Below are positions 39,204-46,187 of a stretch of DNA of 61,062 nt, in pieces (position 1 is the stretch's first letter; every line of letters starts with the position of its first letter). The stretch comes from Bacillota bacterium. Its GTDB lineage: Bacteria > Bacillota > Clostridia > Lachnospirales > Anaerotignaceae. The stretch lies in the NCBI GenBank assembly GCA_044425835.1, contig JAWXUZ010000001.1, forward strand, positions 1-61,062, in the 5' to 3' direction. The notes beneath the pieces are model-generated. The model saw only the letters and a list, made by a program, of their open reading frames with translations. It searched no databases and was not told the origin of the DNA. The translations under genes and the position numbers were made by a program.

Positions 39204-39231
39204 AATCATCTAATGAAACTATATTGTAGAA

Positions 39232-39261
39232 AAAGACCTTGGACTTTGCCCCAAGGTCTTT
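39232..39261. terminator. Hairpin made of two family B outer ends
   Basis: AAAGACCTTGG-ACTTTGCC-CCAAGGTCTTT just downstream of the dipeptidase. Confidence 0.55.
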
Positions 39262-39271
39262 CTCTGTTGAC

Positions 39272-40246
39272 TTAATCGATTGTTTTTTTCATAAAATCAT
39301 ACCAGTTTTTATGAGCAATCCCCTCGATTTCTTTTTCTAAAAATCCGAAAGATTTCATCTTCTGAAGAAGCATCGGTACTTTTGTACAATCCTCCAACCC
39401 AACGGCACAAGGACTCGGCTCTGTGCTAAATCCACCAATGGTTGTGCTGTCTAAAAATTCAAAAAAATCAAATCCGAAACACAAATGCTCCACACCAATT
39501 TTCTCTGCAATGTATGCAGCTTGCTTGATGAAATTATCGACCGTTTGCTCTTTTGGTTCATCGTGAATGAATAAATTAAACGCATTGAGTCCGATGAGTC
39601 CTTTTGCATCTCGCATTGCAAGAAGCTGTTCATCTTTTAGATTTCTCTTTGCACTCGCAAGCGAATACGCATTTGAATGCGAAGCAAACAGCGGTGTAGT
39701 CGCAAAACTCACGACATCATAAAACGATTTTTCATTGAGATGTGACACATCCACAATCATTTTCTTTTCTTCCATAATGGAAATTGCTTTTTTACCAAGA
39801 GGTGTCAAGCCACGATTGTCATCGCCACGCACACCCGTTGCCAATGCGTTTTGCTCATTCCACGTCAACATGCCATGGCGGAAGCCAAAGTCGTGGAGTT
39901 CATAGAGTCGCTCAACGTCTTCGCCCAAACCAGACATGCCCTCAAGCCCTAGCACAATATAGAATTTGCCTTCAGCTTTTGCTCGTTCGAGTTCTTTTGT
40001 ATTGCGTACGACAACGACTTCATCGCATTCTGCCAGTTCATCTTTTGCAGTTTGCAAGAGTTGGTTGAGTCGCAATTCAGGATTTTCCCGATCGAAAGGA
40101 GGGTCAATCCAAAATACGAAACAACTCCCCTCAATATTGCCCGCTCGCAAGCGTTCGAGATGGTATTTTTTTAGAATTTCCGTTTCTCCTTTTAACCTCC
40201 GAAGGACAACATCTGTAAATATATCGGAGTGTGCATCAAAAACCAT
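39272..40246 (-). CDS. Membrane dipeptidase (peptidase M19 family)
   Basis: FDAHSD, GLEG, LTWNEQN, VDVSHL, ASHSN, RNL.D, GFDF; RBS AAGGAGG before ATG 40246. Confidence 0.92.
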   Translation of the reverse strand: MVFDAHSDIFTDVVLRRLKGETEILKKYHLERLRAGNIEGSCFVFWIDPPFDRENPELRLNQLLQTAKDELAECDEVVVVRNTKELERAKAEGKFYIVLGLEGMSGLGEDVERLYELHDFGFRHGMLTWNEQNALATGVRGDDNRGLTPLGKKAISIMEEKKMIVDVSHLNEKSFYDVVSFATTPLFASHSNAYSLASAKRNLKDEQLLAMRDAKGLIGLNAFNLFIHDEPKEQTVDNFIKQAAYIAEKIGVEHLCFGFDFFEFLDSTTIGGFSTEPSPCAVGLEDCTKVPMLLQKMKSFGFLEKEIEGIAHKNWYDFMKKTID

Positions 40247-40256
40247 GATTGCCTCC

Positions 40257-41477
40257 TTACGCTCCGAGCAATTGCCCAACGAACAGCCCAGCATACGTAC
40301 CGATGACGTAGCCCAAAGTACCAATTAACATGATAGGTCCAACGAGTTTCGTCCAACCCATAGAAATTGCCATAGCCGCCGCAGTCGTAGGCCCACCGAT
40401 ATTTGCATTTGATGACAAGATGATTTCTTCCAAAGAGAATTTGAAAATTTTACCGACCACGAAAGTCACAAGCATATTGATCACAACCATGATCAAACAG
40501 AATACGAGTAACAAAGGTGATTTTTGAAGAATCATAGGCAAAGATGCTGGTACCCCGATTACGAATAAGAATAAGTAAATTAAGAAAGTACCAATTTCTT
40601 GAGAACCTGCAACTTTTTCAACTTGTTTGGACGCATATGTCGCCACAAGCATTGAGAACGTCGTCATCAATAAGTATTTGTTACCGATCATACCATTTAG
40701 AAGTTCAAAAAAGAAATTTGAAGTTGGGATAGCTGCTGAAAGTAACGCACCGAGTTCAGTTGAAATCCAAACGATACCTGCACTGATTGCCACGTTAAAC
40801 GCAATGTCTCTCAAAGAAATTGGTTTTGCATCCCAATATGCTGCTGCTTTTGTTTTTGCATTTTCGTCTACTCCTGCTGATTCCACTTCCAAAACGTATG
40901 GGTGAGCATAGTGTTTTCTGAAAAATGGAATAGTTGGAATGGCAATCAATACAAAGAAATACATCGCCATCAACATATTATCTGCAACAATAGTCGCACT
41001 CATTAAGTCAGATCCAGCCATATCAAATGCAGCCGAAAGTGTAGACAAGTTCACACCACCACCGATGTAGCTACCTGTCATAACTGCCGCTACACCTTCA
41101 GAGCCAGGAATTGCTTGCCCTACAGTGTAGTACGCAACGATTGCCGAAATCGCTGTACCAAAACCACCAGCGAGATACAGTAACATCATACGTCCAGATT
41201 CTCGCCAAATCTTTCTAATATCACATTGCAAAAGTAACATTGGAATTGCAAGTGGGACAACGTAGCCCCAGATGATGTCATCAAACCAAGGTCCACCTGT
41301 AGGAATGATATTGAAGTTGGTCAGTGCCATCGCACCGATTAAGGCAATGATTGCCCCTGATAGTTTTGCTGCCCACGCCCAGTTTTGCTCAGCGTAGATT
41401 GAGAATGCCACCCACCCGAAAGTCAGTGCCATCAATGCCCACGTGTTGTCGGCACTAATTAATGTTGTTGATTCCAT
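40257..41477 (-). CDS. DUF819 family membrane protein (putative transporter)
   Basis: PLAIP.LL, GSYIGGGVN, SNANIGGPTTAAAMA, GTLGY. Confidence 0.88.
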   Translation of the reverse strand: MESTTLISADNTWALMALTFGWVAFSIYAEQNWAWAAKLSGAIIALIGAMALTNFNIIPTGGPWFDDIIWGYVVPLAIPMLLLQCDIRKIWRESGRMMLLYLAGGFGTAISAIVAYYTVGQAIPGSEGVAAVMTGSYIGGGVNLSTLSAAFDMAGSDLMSATIVADNMLMAMYFFVLIAIPTIPFFRKHYAHPYVLEVESAGVDENAKTKAAAYWDAKPISLRDIAFNVAISAGIVWISTELGALLSAAIPTSNFFFELLNGMIGNKYLLMTTFSMLVATYASKQVEKVAGSQEIGTFLIYLFLFVIGVPASLPMILQKSPLLLVFCLIMVVINMLVTFVVGKIFKFSLEEIILSSNANIGGPTTAAAMAISMGWTKLVGPIMLIGTLGYVIGTYAGLFVGQLLGA

Positions 41478-41617
41478 AGAAATTTCCTCCTTTTTCACTT
41501 CTTTACTGAAATGATGTAAAATAATAAAATATTGAATAATGAAAATATATCAAAAATACCTTCGTGAAAAGGTACTTTCAATCAAAAAAAATATGTATTC
41601 CATACATTCATTCTATA

Positions 41618-41646
41618 AGTATAACAGCAATTGTATACCATGTCAA
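41618..41646 (-). promoter_or_regulatory. sigma-A promoter with GntR/FadR-like box in the spacer
   Basis: TTGACA-17-TATACT; TGGTATACAA within the spacer. Confidence 0.65.
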
Positions 41647-41742
41647 ATGAATACAGACAAATGTATTTCTCTCATGGAAAACTATGTCATAAAACTGCAC
41701 ATAAATTGTATATAAAATACAGTAGAACTCATTCTTTTTACT

Positions 41743-41773
41743 AAAAAAGGATAGGCGACTTTCCCTATCCTTT
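41743..41773 (-). terminator. Terminator at the end of the rodA-mgsA-DUF1294 run
   Basis: AAAAAAGGATAGG...CCTATCCTTT. Confidence 0.7.
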
Positions 41774-41793
41774 CCAATTGCCAAAAGTTCTCT

Positions 41794-42018
41794 AATTAAA
41801 TGTTTCCTAAACTAAGATGACGGACATGTAAGCGGGCGACCAAAGGTACGCCCCTACACATTGATATTTCAGGCTTTTTGTAGGGGCGACCTCTGGTCGC
41901 CCGCTCTCAATAAAACGATAATTTTATCAATATTTAGTCGGTATCTCAATAGTAAAATATTTCATGTTTAAATGAGAAATAAATTTATGCAATGCCTGTG
42001 GCAAAGCCCCAAGGTCTT
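41794..42018. repeat. Full REP A doublet unit plus half family B
   Basis: REPs at 41833-41857 and 41880-41903; GCAAAGCCCCAAGGTCTT at 42001-42018. Confidence 0.9.
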
Positions 42019-42035
42019 CCTCTTTTCATTCACTC

Positions 42036-42338
42036 TCAAGTAAAAATGAACACAAATTTTGCAAATAACAAATAAATCACAACCATATGTAACAAAGCTG
42101 ATATGGTATAAATAATCACAAAATCAATATGCTTCGTCTTATGCCGAAAAATTGACATACCAAAAAGACCGCCAATTCCTCCACCAACGACAGCCAACAA
42201 ATACAATCTCTTCTCTGGAATGCGTGATTTCTTTTTTATGGCAGCTTTTTTGTCAATATACATTGCCGCATACATAACGACATTGACAAGCAAATAATAC
42301 GATAAAATCGCAAGCATACGATTCCCGTAAAAAATCAT
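42036..42338 (-). CDS. DUF1294 membrane protein
   Basis: DKKAA....RIPE..L, GG.IG, FRHKTKH. Confidence 0.9.
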   Translation of the reverse strand: MIFYGNRMLAILSYYLLVNVVMYAAMYIDKKAAIKKKSRIPEKRLYLLAVVGGGIGGLFGMSIFRHKTKHIDFVIIYTISALLHMVVIYLLFAKFVFIFT

Positions 42339-42356
42339 TTCTACGCCACCCATTGA

Positions 42357-42752
42357 TTATTTCACCACATTTCTCCAGTCCAAATCCCCACGATTGAGAG
42401 CCAAAAGCAAAGCTTCCGCCGTTGCAAGGTTCGTCGCCAAAGGGATATTATGAATGTCGCAGAGGTGGAAAATAGAATTCATTTCTGCTTCATAATCTTT
42501 TTGGTAAATCGGATCTCTAAAAAAGATCATCACGTCCAAATCATTGTTGGCAATTTGTGCCCCTAATTGTTGTTCCCCACCGAGACGGCTTGTGAGATAT
42601 TTATGCACCGTAAGATTCGCTGCATCTTCAATGAGACGCCCCGTCGTACTTGTAGCAAATAATGAGTGTTTGCATAAAATATGACGGTACGCAATACACA
42701 CATTTTCCATTAATTTCTTTTTGTTATCATGAGCGATCAAACCAATATTCAT
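42357..42752 (-). CDS. mgsA: Methylglyoxal synthase-like protein (variant active site)
   Basis: IGLIAHDNKK, ATSTTG, LGGEQQ, FFRDP, IPLATN.ATAE. Confidence 0.9.
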   Translation of the reverse strand: MNIGLIAHDNKKKLMENVCIAYRHILCKHSLFATSTTGRLIEDAANLTVHKYLTSRLGGEQQLGAQIANNDLDVMIFFRDPIYQKDYEAEMNSIFHLCDIHNIPLATNLATAEALLLALNRGDLDWRNVVK

Positions 42753-43897
42753 AATAAACCTCCTTCAAATAACGACTTCGTTCCTTTTTTCCTAATGTTC
42801 AAAACCAAACCTATAGAAATCATCGATGTCCACATGGCACTACCGCCATACCCCACAAAGGGCAAGGACATTCCTGTATTTGGCACTAAACCCAATGCCA
42901 CACCTGCATTGACGAACGTTTGAAATGCAAGCATACCCGCCACACCCATTGCGATGAACTGTCCTAGCACATCACGAGTGGCTATCCCTATTACTATACA
43001 ACGAAAAATGACAAAAAGCAATAGCCCAAGCACAAAAATACAACCAATAAATCCAAATTCTTCCCCGATCACAGAAAAAATAAAGTCATTGTGCGGTTCA
43101 GGGAGGTAACTCAACTGGTTGAGTGTGCCGTCGTAAAGCCCTTTTCCGCTGAATTGCCCAGAACCAATGGCACTGATTGATTTTTCAGTCTGGTAATACA
43201 AACTGGCATCACGAGACGGGTCAGCAAAAGATAGTATCCGATTGAATTGGTGCGGAAGTAGAATTTTATCTAGCAAAAGTGGTGTTTCTTGTACGACGTC
43301 CCAAAAAATAAAAAGAACGATAGGCACAACAACGATTGCAACATTACGAATGTAAACGTAAGGCAACCCTGCAATAAAGATCATCACCACAAAAATAGCA
43401 ACGAGTACAAGACTTGCAGAAAGTGCCGGTTGCATTTGCACCAAAATAATCGGAATCCCCATATAAATTGTAAGAAAAAGCAGTACATCAAACCGATCGA
43501 TTCGTGTTTGGTATTTTTTCAAAAGTACTGCCAAGCAAAATATCAACATGATTTTTGCAAATTCAGAGGGCTGGATTGTCACAGGGCCTATGTCAATCCA
43601 CCGCACCGCCCCATTCGTATTGCTCCCTACAAAAAGTACGAATACGAGCAAAGCTAAATTAATCAAATATATCAAGGGATGAAAGGGAGCGAACGCATCG
43701 TAATTGATATTGGCAGCAATCATCATGAGTACGAAACCCATCGCCACAAACAAAGCTTGCTTCGTTACAAAGCTTGTACTCTCACCAAGGTTTATGCGTG
43801 TGGCACTAGAAATTGCAACGAGACCAAAACAGGTAAGCACAAACACTGCACCGATGAGCCAATAATCAAGATTTTGAAAATATTTTCTGATGTGCAT
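42749..43897 (-). CDS. rodA: SEDS family rod-shape protein
   Basis: GAVRWI, IQPSEFAK, AIGSG..GKG, PEPHNDFIFS..GEEFG, TGM.LPF..YGG; in the mre/min cluster. Confidence 0.92.
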   Translation of the reverse strand: MHIRKYFQNLDYWLIGAVFVLTCFGLVAISSATRINLGESTSFVTKQALFVAMGFVLMMIAANINYDAFAPFHPLIYLINLALLVFVLFVGSNTNGAVRWIDIGPVTIQPSEFAKIMLIFCLAVLLKKYQTRIDRFDVLLFLTIYMGIPIILVQMQPALSASLVLVAIFVVMIFIAGLPYVYIRNVAIVVVPIVLFIFWDVVQETPLLLDKILLPHQFNRILSFADPSRDASLYYQTEKSISAIGSGQFSGKGLYDGTLNQLSYLPEPHNDFIFSVIGEEFGFIGCIFVLGLLLFVIFRCIVIGIATRDVLGQFIAMGVAGMLAFQTFVNAGVALGLVPNTGMSLPFVGYGGSAMWTSMISIGLVLNIRKKGTKSLFEGGLL

Positions 43898-43965
43898 TCA
43901 TACGTTCCTTCCTTCAAAATAATTGATTTTTCAAAATAGGGCTGTCTATCCCTCAAAACGAGATG

Positions 43966-44150
43966 TCGGGCGACGTGTGTCGCCCGAATTATTGTTCCCC
44001 AAATTAAATGTTTCCTAAAATAAGATCGTGACATGTGATCGGGCGACCGAAGGTACGCCCCTACGGATTGATATTTCAGGCTTTGTGTAGGGGCGACCTG
44101 TGGTCGCCCGCTCTCGGTAAAACGATAATTTAGGCAATATTGAATTGGGA
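43966..44150. repeat. REP A doublet unit plus third REP-like hairpin between minE and rodA
   Basis: TCGGGCGACGTGTGTCGCCCGA 43966-43987; REPs at 44040-44064 and 44087-44110. Confidence 0.9.
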
Positions 44151-44164
44151 TTACTATGTAACTA

Positions 44165-44455
44165 TTACTCTTCCCCTTGCGATTTACGCATACTCTTAAT
44201 CGGAATGTTCGCCAACAACACAGGCACTGTACCATTGTTATCATCTGATTGCTCTTGTCTGATTTGGATATCCAATTCTTCTTCGTCAATCTCCATATAA
44301 TTAGAAATGACTTTGATGATATCCGTTTTTAGCATTTCAAGTACTTGTGACGAACAGTTCACACGGTCATGTACTAACACGAGCTTGAGCCTGTCTTTTG
44401 CCACACTTCCTGAAGGAGCGGTATCCTTTTTCTTAAAAAAACTCATAAAATCCAT
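44165..44455 (-). CDS. minE: Cell division topological specificity factor
   Basis: SGSVAKDRLKLVLVHDR, ANIPI. Confidence 0.95.
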   Translation of the reverse strand: MDFMSFFKKKDTAPSGSVAKDRLKLVLVHDRVNCSSQVLEMLKTDIIKVISNYMEIDEEELDIQIRQEQSDDNNGTVPVLLANIPIKSMRKSQGEE

Positions 44456-44509
44456 ATATTAAGTACTCCTCTCAATGTCCCTTTTTGGAAAGGCATTATT
44501 GCCATTCAA

Positions 44510-45313
44510 TTATTTTTTTCCGCCAAAAAGCCCTTTTAATTTATCAAAGAAAGACTCAGGTGCTTCTTCTAAAGTCATAATTGGCACTTCTTGTCCTGTA
44601 ATTCTTTTGACGATATTGCGGTACGCTTGTCCTGCTCTTGATTCTTCATTTGTGACTGCTGGTTCCCCTTTGTTCGTCGCAATGACAATCGCTTCATCAT
44701 CAGGCACAACGCCTAAAATATCGATTGCCAAAATTTCAGTCACGTCTTCAATGTTCATCATGTCGCCACGTTGCACCAAATCAATTCGCAAACGATTGAG
44801 TACCAACATCGGATTGTTCAGACCATTCGCCTCCAAAAGACCGATGATACGGTCAGCATCACGTACAGCTGATACTTCAGGTGTCGTCACAACCAACGCA
44901 CGGTCAGCACCTGCAATTGCATTTTTGAACCCTTGCTCAATCCCTGCTGGACAGTCAATAATGATATAATCAAAATTTTCTTCTTTTAGGTTCTCGCATA
45001 ATTTTTGCATTTGTTCTGGTGAGACAGCGTCTTTGTCTCTTGTTTGTGCTGCTGGTAGCAAAAATAGACCTTCGTATCTTTTGTCTTTGATTAAGGCTTG
45101 TTTCAAACGACAATTGCCCTCTACCACATCAACCAAATCATAGACAATGCGATTTTCAAGTCCCATCACGACATCGAGATTACGCAAACCGATATCTGCA
45201 TCAATCAACACTACTTTTTTTCCAAGGACAGCCAGACCACAACCTAAGTTTGCACTCGTTGTTGTTTTTCCTACGCCACCTTTGCCACTTGTGATTACGA
45301 TTACTTCGCTCAT
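44510..45313 (-). CDS. minD: Septum site-determining ATPase
   Basis: TSGKGGVGKTT, DIGLRNLD, DCPAGIE, TPEVSAVRDADR. Confidence 0.97.
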   Translation of the reverse strand: MSEVIVITSGKGGVGKTTTSANLGCGLAVLGKKVVLIDADIGLRNLDVVMGLENRIVYDLVDVVEGNCRLKQALIKDKRYEGLFLLPAAQTRDKDAVSPEQMQKLCENLKEENFDYIIIDCPAGIEQGFKNAIAGADRALVVTTPEVSAVRDADRIIGLLEANGLNNPMLVLNRLRIDLVQRGDMMNIEDVTEILAIDILGVVPDDEAIVIATNKGEPAVTNEESRAGQAYRNIVKRITGQEVPIMTLEEAPESFFDKLKGLFGGKK

Positions 45314-45512
45314 TTATTATTCCTCCTACTCAAGAAGCTCATAAAACCGCTGGTAAATTAGCGATTCCATTGTATTGTCATAGCCTTGCAATGGAAATTT
45401 CCATTACTTTCCACGAACTATAATACTATACTATCAAAAAAAAGTCTAGTATGCACCATATTTTTTTCTTTTAAAACAGAAAATTTTTTCTTTTTGCGAC
45501 AAAAATCTAAAA

Positions 45513-46160
45513 TTACATTAGATTCTCTACAAAAATCGTCCCATCTTTTACGAAAGCATACTCCGGCGGTTTCTTACCATGTTTTTTCTCATCAGGGAAT
45601 ATTGTAATAATTCCTGCAATGCGAAGTTGCACTGGTGCCATGTAAAGTGCAGAGACGATTGCCTCCTCATCTCCGTTGCAACCTGCGTGTGCAAGCCCTT
45701 TCAATTGCCCCAAAACAATAATATTTCCAGTGGCAGAAACCTCCGCTCCAGGATTGATATCCCCAATGATTATAAGACTGCCATCAATGGATATGGATTG
45801 TCCATTCCTAAAAGAACCTTTGTGGGTATGCGTGACATTGTGCGATGGGATTTCTTCTCTTTTTGCAAGTTCTTCTTTTAGCCGTTCCACTTCTTCTGAT
45901 TTGATATTTTCAAGTTTGACAAATACAATCTCCATCGTCGTATTTTCTATGATGGTATCAATTAGTTCTTGCTCCTCCTCATGTGAAAATTCACGTCCAC
46001 AAAACGCAATAGAAGTCTTTACTTCGTTGAAAAAATGTCCTGCATCTTGTACTTTTTTCTCCAATTGCTCTTTGATGATTGCAAAATCTGCATTCTTATC
46101 AAACACCAAGGTAACGCCATCAGATGTGCCTTTGAATAACACATATTTTTCTTGATTCAT
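45513..46160 (-). CDS. minC: Septum site-determining protein
   Basis: FKG..DG, RNGQ, GDINPGAE..A.GNI.V.G.LKG..HAG, QLRIA. Confidence 0.93.
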   Translation of the reverse strand: MNQEKYVLFKGTSDGVTLVFDKNADFAIIKEQLEKKVQDAGHFFNEVKTSIAFCGREFSHEEEQELIDTIIENTTMEIVFVKLENIKSEEVERLKEELAKREEIPSHNVTHTHKGSFRNGQSISIDGSLIIIGDINPGAEVSATGNIIVLGQLKGLAHAGCNGDEEAIVSALYMAPVQLRIAGIITIFPDEKKHGKKPPEYAFVKDGTIFVENLM

Positions 46161-46187
46161 AAGTCATTTTCCTCCTATTATACTTCT

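Noticed and set aside
43792-44289. 165-aa ORF bridging minE and rodA (also 17490-17798, 28437-28716, 52977-53180)
   Set aside because: Repeat-derived reading frames overlapping real genes, with no RBS.
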